DNA of 64,000 nt from Squalus acanthias. Its lineage: Eukaryota. The stretch spans positions 32,054,001 through 32,118,000 of the forward strand of contig CM059431.1 in assembly GCA_030390025.1 (NCBI GenBank), written 5' to 3'. Under the pieces are notes generated by a model. That model did no database searches and was not told the origin of the DNA. It was given only the letters and a program-made list of their open reading frames with translations. A program made the position numbers and the translations under genes. Position 1 is the first letter of the stretch; each line of letters starts with the position of its first letter. Positions 39,001-51,000 of the stretch are shown piece by piece.

Positions 39001-42000
39001 CGGATTTTACGAGGCCTATGACCGCGTACGCCGTAAGTGCCCCGCAAGTTCCAGCTTTCCGCATGCGCTGCGCATACACGAAAACCTGGAACTTGCGATC
39101 TGTCAAATTTCAGCTGACGAAGGAGCAGCGCTCCGAAAGCTTGTGATTTCAAATAAAGCTGTTGGACTATAACGATAGCAAAATACTGCAGATGCTGGAA
39201 ATCCGAAATAACAACAGAAAACGCTGGAAAAACTCAGCAGGCCAGGCAGCATCCGTGGAGAGAGAAAGAGAGTTGACGTTTCAGGTCGATGACCTTTCAT
39301 CAGAACTGGGAAGAGCTGGAAATCAAATAGATTTAAGGCCAGGGTAAAGCTGGGAAAAGGGGGAGGGGATAAAGGAACAAAGGAGGAGATGAAGAGACAT
39401 TAAGAGACATTAAGAGATATGCAAGGCTAGAGGTGGTGTTAATGTGACAGATTAAGGCTGAATGAAGTGTGAAATCTACTGGCAGAATGAAGGACAGCTG
39501 CCAGCTTCTAGGAGGAAAAAAAAAGGTGGGGGGGACAAATAAAAGGGTGGATAAAATAAAATATAAATGTGATTGGAGCTGAGGTTATGATCTAAAATTG
39601 TTGAACTCGATATTGAGTCCAGAGGGCTGTAGCGTGCCTAAACGAAAGATGAGGTGCTGTTCCTCGAGCTTACGCTGAGCTTCCGTGGAACAGTGTATTA
39701 GGCCGAGGACGGTGAGGTCAGAGTGGGAGTGAAGCTTATACCTCCCCTCTTCCCACTGTCCAGGGCCCCAAACACCCCTTCCAGGTGAAACAGCGATTTA
39801 CTTGTACTTCCTGCAATTTAGTATACTGTATTCGCTGCTCACGATGTGGACTCCTCTACATTGGGGAGACCAAACGCAGATTGGGTGACCGCTTTGCGGA
39901 ACACCTCCGTTCAGTCCGTAAGGGGGACCCCGAGCTCCCGGTGGCCTGTCACTTTAATTCACCGCTTCACTCCCACTCTGACCTCACCGTCCTCGGCCTA
40001 ATACACTGTTCCACGGAAGCTCAGCGTAAGCTCGAGGAACAGCACCTCATCTTTCGTTTAGGCACGCTACAGCCCTCTGGACTCAATATCGAGTTCAACA
40101 ATTTTAGATCATAACCTCAGCTCCAATCACATTTATATTTTATTTTATCCACCCTTTTATTTGTCCCCCCCACCTTTTTTTTTCCTCCTAGAAGCTGGCA
40201 GCTGTCCTTCATTCTGCCAGTAGATTTCACACTTCATTCAGCCTTAATCTGTCACATTAACACCACCTCTAGCCTTGCATATCTCTTAATGTCTCTTAAT
40301 GTCTCTTCATCTCCTCCTTTGTTCCTTTATCCCCTCCCCCTTTTCCCAGCTTTACCCTGGCCTTAAATCTATTTGATTTCCAGCTCTTCCCAGTTCTGAT
40401 GAAAGGTCATCGACCTGAAACGTCAACTCTCTTTCTCTCTCCACGGATGCTGCCTGGCCTGCTGAGTTTTTCCAGCGTTTTCTGTTGTTATTTCTGTTGG
40501 ACTATAACCTGGTGTTATGCGACTTCTCAAATTTCAGCTTGACAGATCATCCGCATGCGCAGGAAATGGACATTCGCTGGCAGAGAGTTGGGCTATTTGC
40601 CCAACTACGGCCCAGGCGTAAGGGTTTAAATATACATTAAAATTTTTAAATCATTTAAACATTCAAAAACCTTTAAAATTAGTTTAGGTTATTTTTGGCC
40701 CCTTTAAAAATGTTTAAATTTATTTTTCAAAAAATTAAATTTTTGTTTTAAATGTTTAATTAAATTGTATTTTAATGTGAAAGTGTGTTTATTGTGTCAT
40801 TCCTATTATGCTTACGGGGATTCCGTACGTAAATAAGCATAATGGGAATCTCCCTATTTGATTGGTTGGGCCAGCCCACGTGATCCCAGGGACACTTGTG
40901 AATCGCATAAGCTCCTGGGATACTTGGGCCTTCATGCAGGCGTACACCTGCAGGCCCAGGACCACAAGAGTCCAAAGATACTGAGGCACCAGGTAGGTGC
41001 GTAATTTTCTTGTGGATCGGAGGCATTCGCCTGCGACCGCAATTTCATTATGTTTTCTAAAATGAGAAGTCGCACAACACCAGGTTATAGTCCAACAGTT
41101 TTATTTGAAATTACGAGCTTTCGGAGCTCTGCTCCTTCTTCAGGTACAGTGAGGGAATATAAATTGATTACACAGTATATATAGACAGAGAACAATGTGT
41201 CTGCAGAGATACAATCCGTCAGGGAGGCATTACATCAAAGACACAGCAGAGTACAGCTAAGACAATGAGGTGGGTCACAGGGGGTCCAACGTGTCAAATG
41301 CTGCAGTCTGCAGTTAGGCTTTTAACTTTTTTTTTAAAAACTGGGAAACCAGACAACGATGTCGAGTCACGTTCTGTAGCGTGACATGAACTCATGTGAC
41401 TCGGCCAACGTTGTCTACCTCATATGTTGCAGGAAAGGATGCCCCGGAGCATGGTACATCGGCAAGACCATGCAGACACTGAGACAACGCATGAATGGAC
41501 ACCGCGCAACAATCGCCAGGCAGGATTGTTACCTCCCAGTTGGGGAACACTTCAGCAGTCAAGGACATTCAGCCTCGGATCTGCGGGTTAGCATTCTCCA
41601 AGGCGGCCTTCGAGACACACGACAACGCAAAATCATCGAGCAGAAACTGATAGCCAAGTTCCGCACCCATGAGGACGGCCTCAACCGGGATCTCGGGTTC
41701 ATGTCACGCTACAGAACGTGACTCGACATCGTTGTCTGGTTTCCCAGTTTTTAAAAAAAAGTTAAAAGCCTAACTGCAGACTGCAGCATTTGACACGTTG
41801 GACCCCCTGTGACCCACCTCATTGTCTTAGCTGTACTCTGATGTGTCTTTGATGTAATGCCTCCCTGATGGATTGTATCTCTGCAGACACATTGTTCTCT
41901 GTCTATATATACTGTGTAATCGATTTATATTCCCTCACTGTACCTGAAGAAGGAGCAGAGCTCCGAAAGCTCGTAATTTCAAATAAAACTGTTGGACTAT

Positions 42001-45000
42001 AACCTGGTGTTGTGCGACTTCTCATTTTTGTCCACCCCAGTCCAACACCGGCATCTCCGCATCATTGTTTTCTGTTCATGGAGTCAAATACCTTCTGTTT
42101 GTAAATATACTATCAGCCAAATTCAGCATTTTCTCATCACATAACCTAATTCAAATATTTTAGTCATACTTAATTAATTTTTCAGCAAACACAAACATGC
42201 CAGGAATATACACATTGAAGCCTTTTTTATTTAATGGTTTAAAAAAAATGATTACTGGCTTGATCTCCCACCAACGTCAAGAGCGATTACATGCACCACA
42301 GCAGTGACATGTATCGGCACCCTGCCCCCCTCCACCCAGCTCTGAGAGTGTTCTATACTGTTCACTAGCCGAACAAAAATTACAACTGTACAACCTCAAA
42401 ATAGAAATTCCTGATTATATTTCTAAACAACAATAATATCAATATTTTATTACATTTTTATGACACAGATTTAACTTTACCATGTTTTTGCATGATTCAG
42501 TGAAATGGTTCATAATGTGGCATATCCATTAATACAGGCATTATATAATTGTTAAAAAATACTGGCGTAAAATAGTGTTTCAAATTCTTACTTTTTGGTG
42601 GATCTACTTCCGGTCCATGAATAGCGTAGTCCTTTATACAGTAAACATAAATATACCCAACATAATCTGCCGTGTAAAGCAGCGAGTCATCGGCCGATAC
42701 AGCCAGGCTGCTTAACTGAGATTTCACTCTGGACTGAAGAGATAGAAATATGTATTATCAATTTCAGAATTAAAAATGAAAACAAGTGGGGGGGGGGGGG
42801 GGAGGGGGGGAAGAGGAAGCTCACTTTTATTTAATTTCAGTTTTTTTCCCAATCTGAGTTACATGGCAAGCAAGGTGTAAAGGACAATCTCACATTGTGA
42901 TGTGAATCTACAATTGCCTTTCTCCTTATGAGGGAGAAGGGGTATGTGGTGGGTGGGAGTCCCGCATGGACTCCTCGGCATGAGGCCAGGGCCATTTTAA
43001 CTCCCGGGCCTTAAATAAATTTTTCTAGACGGTCTGCAGCCTGAAGCCGGTGGGAAAACTGCAAGAGCGGGCGGGCAGGAGAAGGAACGTGGGCGGGCGA
43101 TAGGCCGACATCGCTTAGCACCAACGGGAACGGTCCCTGGCATAAGTGCTGGGAGGGGGTCTCAAAAGAGCTTCCGGTGATGAGAGGGATGGGAAGGCTG
43201 GGTCTGGCTAGGCCCCAGGATTCCATGTGGGGCCTGGAGGGACACTCTTATGTTCTTCCTCCTCCTAATCCACAAGGAATCCTCACAAAAATTTAAAAAA
43301 ATTAAACCTACATTGGTGTCTTCTGGTCACTCTGCTGCCTACAACCAGGTTTCGTTGGTGAGTTTGTCGCCATGTGGGCATCCCGAGATTTCTAGTTAAA
43401 ATGGGGTCGTGGCCAATATTCCCTTTAATATTTTGGGGGGAGTGCACGGCCCCTTCAGGGGGCTGCGCAGCCCATTCAAAATACTGCACATGCACGGTTT
43501 TTCCTGTTTAAAAGCCAGCGAGCCGGCTGCACGGGAGCTGCAGAGCGGCCGATTGGTCGTGGTTCCGATGACGTTATCAGGGTGTGCTTTTTCCATGTAA
43601 AGTAGGCCCCCATCTGCCTTGGGCGAGCGACCCTCCCATACCTGATCTGAGGCCAGTTAAGATGGTGGGGGGTTGAGGGGGTGGAAACGAGTCAGGAATG
43701 CAGTGTAACCACTCACCCCCCACCTCACCCCTGCCATCTTAAACCCCCTGCCAACTGGGCAAGGTTAAAATAGATCCTCTTCTTTTAAGCTTTAACTAAC
43801 AAATGTATTAAACATTAATAAACAAGAGAATTGTAGCAATAATATAACAATCGTTTGCAATTCTATTTCAAGCACCTGTTAATTCATTTTTATGTTTAGT
43901 TTTTTTTTTATATCTTTTTGCCAACTACGAAGTTTCAAACAGATTAACTTTGAGGATTTCAAACAGCCTCAAATAAACTCAGTTAAATTTTTTAAAAGAC
44001 AGTCTGATAAATCCTTCCAAAACAGTAACTGGAGCTAAGCAGAATTTAAATAAATTAAATTCAAAAAGCTGCCAATCAGACACTTATCTGAACAAATTAC
44101 ACAGCATGTTTGCAACTGAATGATCGGCTTGGCTCCGACCAAGTGAGAACCGACTAATCTTCAAACCAATGCAGCAAGTCAAGCATGGAGATGATTTATT
44201 TGACCGAAGCTGGTTTCAACCCCTTAATTACTGTGGCAGAATTAAAGAAACCAGGTTAAATCTTCGGAAAAATTGCCTCATTTTTGTTACAATATATTCC
44301 TCATAAAAAGGAAAAAATATCCACAGTTGTAACCAATTAAAAAAAACGGTGATTATCATTTTTAAGATGAAAAAAGTTTACAAATTCATGGAAACTCATT
44401 TTGTTCCTATTACTGCATTATTTGTAGGAGAAGCTTTCAAAGTGCACTTGTGGCAGGTCTTTCACATATTAGAAATAAATACTTTATCAGTGCAAGATAT
44501 CACATTGAGATTAATATTGCCCTTTATGGAGATTTTCCACAAGAAACATATATCACTATAAAGTGTTTAAATATCTATGAACCATTTGTTTGGTAATCGC
44601 TGAGTGCTTGGAGGTTCAGAAATGTAATGTGTTGTAACTCACTGCAGTAAAAGTACCAAAGAGCTGTCCACCATTGAACAGATTCCAGAATGCAAGTGAA
44701 CCTATATGAGCACAAAATAAACACAAATTAGGAACATAATAGAGAAGGGTCACAATGATAGCTCTGATTCCCACATGATTATAAACAACGTATATTGCAG
44801 TATATTATTGACTGTTACAAGACAACTCCCACAAGAGTGGTTATTACAGGCGTAGTTATGAACAAAAATATTATAGAAAATAGTGAATTCCACAGTCAGG
44901 ATTATCCAGCAGATAAACTGAAACTGGAAAGGGTGGATTATCCTGGGCAGGTGCTCTGCAATTTCAGTACAGCACACCAGAATTTCACCTCACCGCTACC

Positions 45001-48000
45001 ATCACCTCATTGCCCGCTCTTCCTATCAGGTCTCATTGACAATTCCAGGGTACATATGGGGCACGCTATTGGGCGCAGGAAAGCAAAGAAGGGACTAAAT
45101 CGCAGCAGAACCCTTAAAGGGGGAGGTACAATGGTGGTCCCATGAAAGAACCAGAAGGACTTTGAATTTTGGAATTTATGGGAGTAAGAATTTCATCTCA
45201 ACAGTTTCTGAAGAATATTGGCAAGGCTTAAAATGCCCTTCCACCCTTACCTATAACAACAAGTGCAAGGAGGTCGTGGACTTCTTTATCCCTAATACTG
45301 AGACCATCTGGCCAGCTGCCTCTGCTGCTTCCCCACCATCCCACTTCCTCTTGCCCACCTCACCAAATCTCCCCCTAGGCTCCCCACTGACCTAGCCCTG
45401 AACTTGCATCTTTCTCCAGTTTCTCTCCTATCTCCCCTCATGCCCTCTCTGAGCTCATCTTGTCCATAAGACCCACCTCTTACTGCCTTGACCCCATTCC
45501 CACTAAATTGCTGACCACCCAACTTCTCTTCCTGACCTCCATGCTAGCTGGCATTATAAAGGGTTCCCTCTGCTCAGCTACTGTCTGTCTCACTTTCAAA
45601 ACTGCCGTTATCACCCCCTCAAAAAACCCCACCCTGGAACCCTCCATCCTTGCCAACTTCTGCCCCATCGCCAACCTTCCTTTTCTCTCCAAAGTTCTTC
45701 AACATGCTGTCACCTCCCAAACCAGTGCCCATCTTTCCTACAACTCCATGGGTGAATCTTTCCAATCAGGTTTACGGCCCTGCCACCACACGGAAATGGA
45801 CCAAAGTCACAAATGACATACTCTGTGGCTGTGACCATGGTGCATTATCTCTCCTAATCTTCTTTAACCTCTTTGCAGCCTTTCGTATGGTTGACCACAC
45901 TATCCTCCTCCAACATCCTTCTTCCATTGTTCACCTCAGTGAGATTTCCCTCGCTTGGTTCCACCTTACCTATCCCCTATCCGAGCATAGCCAGAGCAGC
46001 TCCAGCAATGGTTTATCTTCCTGCCCCTGCACCATTACCTCGAGACTCCCCCAAGGATCTGTTCTTGGATCCCTCCACTTCTTCAGTTACGTGCTGCCCC
46101 TTGGCAACATCATCTGCGGACATGGGGGTCAGATTCCATATATACACTGATGATACTCATCTCTACTTCTCCACCACCTCTCTCAAACTACTTTTGTGTT
46201 GTCAGACTGCTTGCCCAATATCGAGTCTTGGATGAGTTGCAATTTCCTCCAGTTAAACATTGGGAAGACTGAAACAATCATTTTCTGCCCCTGCCACAAA
46301 TTCTGTGTCCTCACCATCAATTTCATCCCTCTCCCCAGCCACTGTCTGAGCCAGACTGTTCCAAATCTGGAAGTTCTATTTGACTCCAAACTGAGCTTCC
46401 GACCCCATATACTCTCCATCAACAAGACTACCTACTTCCACCACCCTTAATATTGCTCACCTCCGCCCCTGCCTCAACCCATCTGCTGCTAAAACCCTCA
46501 TCCAAGCCTTTATCACCATGACTATTTCAATGCTCTCCTGGCCATCCAGAGACTTTAATGACCCAAAATTTTGCACCCTCAAATTCAACCGCTTACCAAA
46601 AAAATCTGTAAGCAGTAGATTGGAAAAGCAAATATAAAGCATTCTTTTTATTGCCGCTGTGATGCAAAGGGTCTACAATTGAAACTTTAACTTACTTTTT
46701 ACTCTTTCCAGATGTTGACAGATCTATTGTGTATTTCCAGCATTTTCTGTTATTGTTTCAGATTTGCAGCTTTTCTTTTTATCTCTATTGTCAATCTCTT
46801 GCTTACCTTGGGGTCCAGTCGCAACAAGCGAAGCTCCTAATTCAGCCTTCAGCACACGAGTCTTCAAGAATATGACTTTATTTACACTCTTATCTGCTAC
46901 TGCTGTGTGAACATTAAAAAGTAATTAAAACAATAAGCCTAAAACCATAGAATACTTTGAGATTTGAACAAAAAAGTTTATTTATTTAATGTATTAGTTA
47001 ATTGTTACATTATTTAGCTCTAACTCCCTTCCTTTTGTCCAGATCTTATCCTGCCAAATTAAGAATGTTAATCAGTAACTCCTGTGGTTTGGACACCTTA
47101 CTGAACAGTTCTCTAAAGTTATGTTTATACTATAGTCCCATGAAGTTTTCAAATTGGAATTAAATGGATTAAAACTGTATGCAATCTCCTTCTTAGATTT
47201 TTAGTGACCCAGATACAGTTCAATGACAAGTGACAAATTATCAGCCCAACACATGCTGTTTTTTCCTTCCCACAAAAAGGATAAGTGAACCTGCTACAAC
47301 GCAACAGTTTTGGGAGGTCACCTGACTCCCATGATGATCTAATTGAGGTGTTTAAGATGATTAAAGAAGTTGATAGGGGAGAGAGAGCGAAACTATTTCC
47401 TCTGATGGAGGAGTCCAAAACAAGGAGGCATAACTTTAAAATTAGAGCTAGGTCGTTCTGGGGTGACGTCAGGAAGCACGTCATTACACAAAGGGTAGTG
47501 GAAATCTGGAACTCTCTTCCCACAAAATGCTGCTGAATCTAAGTCAATTGAAAATTTGAAAACTGAGATCGATAGGTTTTTGTTAGGCAAGGGTATTACG
47601 GGTTACGGAATCAAGGCAGGTGGATGGAGTTAAGATACAGATCAGCCATGATCTAACTGAATGGCGGAACAGGCTCGAGGGGCTGAATGGCCTACTCCTG
47701 TTCCTATGTGCCAGCTGACAGTACATACGTCATAGCACCCCAATTTAAAAACTTTAACAAGGCTCCCGTCTGATTCAGGTGTGCCCCTGAGCCGCTCTCA
47801 ACAACTTTCTTCTAATCCTACTCACCCCACTCATCAATGGATGTTGCTAGTGGATCAGCAATCACCGCTCCTCTCCACATTTCCCTCCAGGATGTCCATT
47901 CACTCACGAACAAGGCCCTTGCCATCCACAACCTTATTGTGGATGATTGAATTGATAACTTGGCCTTAAGTGAAACTTGGCTCACAGGAGGTGACACCTT

Positions 48001-51000
48001 GCCCCTTATTGAAGCCTCAACACCCACCCCCCCTGCTGTATTTTCCACCATCTACCCTGTCCAAACTGCCACGGTGACTCTTATCACCAAGTCACACCTT
48101 GGTCTAACCCTCGATTCTTGTGGTGCCTTCTCCTTCTCCAAGCACCTCACCTTGTTCCAATTCTCTCACCTCTCCTTTAAAATTTTTGTTGTCTACTCGT
48201 AAGGCCCACCCCATGTTTCTCTCAAAGATAGCCTCTCTCCTTTCCTCCTTCCACCTCTGCACTGTAACTTATCATCCTTGATGATTTTAAACTCCATGTC
48301 CGCTCCCCCGCCCTCTCTCCGCTCAATTCACTGTCCCCTGTTCTCCCTAAACCTCTCCCACCATAAAACCTCTCCTACCCATATTCATGACCGCTCCCCA
48401 TGACCTTGCCATTTCACCTGGTCTCCCTGTACCCATAGTTTTAATCACTGAAAAGCCACCTCCGACCACCCACTCACCACCCACAGCAGCCCTGCTTTCT
48501 TCCAACCCTACGTCTTTCTGCTTCTGCCCCTGGAAAAAATTCTACCACAAGTTACCTACAACTTAACTTTCAAACCCCCAAATGCCTAGCCTTTGGCTCT
48601 TCAATTGCCACGATTTACTCAGGCACTCCCTCACCTCCATCTTTGATGCCCTTGTCTTGATAAAACCCTTCACTCTCTCCCATCCCAGTTGTTCACCCTG
48701 GTATAGCCCCCATCTTCACTCCCTTAAATCCAAGCCCACACACAAGCGTATCTTATGCAAAACTGGTTTAGCCATCCATCATCAGATGTGGCTGGCCAAA
48801 TCAGAAAAAACTAAAGAAAGAAAGAACATGTATTTATATAGAGCCTTTCATGACCTCAGGACTTCCCAAAAGGCTTTACAGCCAATTAAGTACTTTTGAA
48901 GTGTAGTCACTGTTGTAATGTAGGAAACGCGCTAGCCAATTTGTGCACAGGAAGGTCCCACACACAGCAATGAGGTAATGACCAGATAATCTGTTTTAGC
49001 GATGTTAGTGAGGGATAAACATTGACCAGGACACAGAGGAGAACTCCCTTGCTCCTCTTTGAAATACTGCCATAGATTTTTCACATCCAAACTGAAAGGG
49101 CAGACGGGGCCTCGGTTTAATGTCTCACCCAAAAGACGGCACCTCTGCAGCACTCCCTCAGTACTGCACTGAAGCATCAGCCTAGATTTTGTGTTCAAGT
49201 CTCTGGAGTGGGACTTGAACCACAACATCAAGCATTATTGAGCCTCACACTCCTCGGACAAAACCACCCAATACTCCAGGATTTTCCAAAACGGCAACCC
49301 TGGCTTCCTTTCTCCACTCACAACCATCTCCCTAAGCCTCTCTTTCATGCCACTCCACCCCACCTTCAAAAAGTATGTGGAGCGCATGAATGCCTTCACT
49401 ACGATTGAGCCAATATGTTCAGCTACCTCTGTTGCTTCCCCCTTCCACTTGCCCATCAAGCCAAACCTCCCCCTAGGCTCTCCTCTTCCCTAGCCCTGAA
49501 CTCATGGCGCTCTTTATTGTCTCTCCCATCTCCCTTCATGCACTCTCCAAGCTCATCTAGACCACAAGACCCACCTCCTGCTTACATGACCCCATTCCCA
49601 TTAAACTACTGACCACCCAACTTCCCTTCCTGACCCTATGCCAGCCAACATTGTAAATAGATCCCCCCATCTCAGGTACTATCTCCCTTCCTTTCAAAAC
49701 CACCATCATTACCTCAAAAAACACCCTCAACACCTCTGTCCTTGCAAACTACCACCCCATCTCCAACCTCCCTTTCCTCTCCAAAGTCCTTGAACACGTC
49801 ATCTCCTCCCAAATGCAGCAAGTCTACTCACCCAATTCCTCTGTGCACGCTGACCAACATTGGCTACTGGTCGCCCAATGTCTCAAGTTTTAAATTCTCA
49901 TCCTCATGTTTAAATCCCTGCATGGCCTCGTTCTTCCCTATTTCCATAACCTCTTCCAGCTCTACAACCCCTCCCAACTAAACTTTCCATTCCTCTGACT
50001 CTGGCCTTGTGTATCGCCCCTCCCTTTGCTGGCTATGCCTTCAGCTGCCTCAGCCCCAGGTTCAGAAATTCTCCCCCCGCGCCCTCCCCCAAACTCTTCG
50101 ACTTCTCTTCTTTTAAGACCCTACCTCTTTGGCCAAGCTTTTGGTCACCCTTCCTAATATCTCCATCTTTGGATGGGCATCCAGTTTTTTGATTATGCTT
50201 CTGTGAAGTGCTTTGGGACATTTTATTATGTTAAAGGCACTATATAAATGCAAATTGTTGTTATGGCAAAAAGAAATCCATATCAATTTGACAGTGCCAC
50301 CAAAATTCTTCCTTACAACAGTTTAAAGCAATTAATTGTTTTTAACACAAAATATACATTATAGGGACCACTGCTGTTGGGAGACTTGCCTGCCAGCAGT
50401 ACAAGTCAGAAATTTGGCTCCAGGCTCCCCTCGATTTTCTGATTAATTATTGTAAAATCGTGGGCAGCTCATGCCCAAATTTCCAATATCCACTGCTGGT
50501 GGTTGAGTCTCCCTGCTAACCACTAATGGAAGGAGCAGGGGTTGAAACGTGGGGGCATTTCTATGGCTAACAGAGTACTGAATTAACATTGGTGGATAGT
50601 CATTAACCAGGGGCCTTCAGCAACATTTTCTCTTCAGCTGTGTATATCTCCTCTCTCTCCCAGCTGGGCTCATTATCTCACCAATTGTTTCCCAATGAGG
50701 TCATCAGCACTGACTGTTAAAATGAAAACGTTCAAGAAAAAAGTCAGGAAGAGACAAAGAAAGTAAAAACTGATCAATTTCTACCATTCGATTTTTTTCA
50801 TGATTTTTAATAGAAATATTGATTATATCACCTCCATTAAAATATATCTGCAACCTCTCAGACACACTCCTTATATTTTACCTTCTCCATCTCGGCACTC
50901 TGTGGTTGAGGGATTCTGCAGATGGCAGTAGATGTGTCCGGAGATCATGTTCCACACAATTATTTCTCCATCATAGCTAGAGGTGGCAAGGAGAGTGGGG

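Larger units (their letters stand above)
39114..40527 (+). mobile_element. Short hammerhead-only unit of Penelope family B (39114-39173 plus 40509-40527), split by the family A element
   Basis: ctgacgaaggagcagcgctccgaaagctt..aaataaa.ctgttggactataac|ctggtgttatgcgacttct; TSD caaatttcagct at 39104-39115 and 40528-40539. Confidence 0.85.
38997..41045. mobile_element. Harbinger-type MITE related to 37021-37734, right end eroded; hosts nested Penelope insertions
   Basis: Left end att|GGCCCGGATTTT; shared blocks with 37021-37734 (catgcgc..aaaacc.g.acttg, AT-rich centre, cacgtgatccca). Confidence 0.65.

Noticed and set aside
39785-41721. GIY-YIG ORFs as a homing endonuclease, UvrC or a prokaryotic defence system
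   Set aside because: They are C-terminal domains of Penelope-like retroelements; the 58201 copy shows the upstream RT thumb and Cys linker, and TSDs flank each copy.
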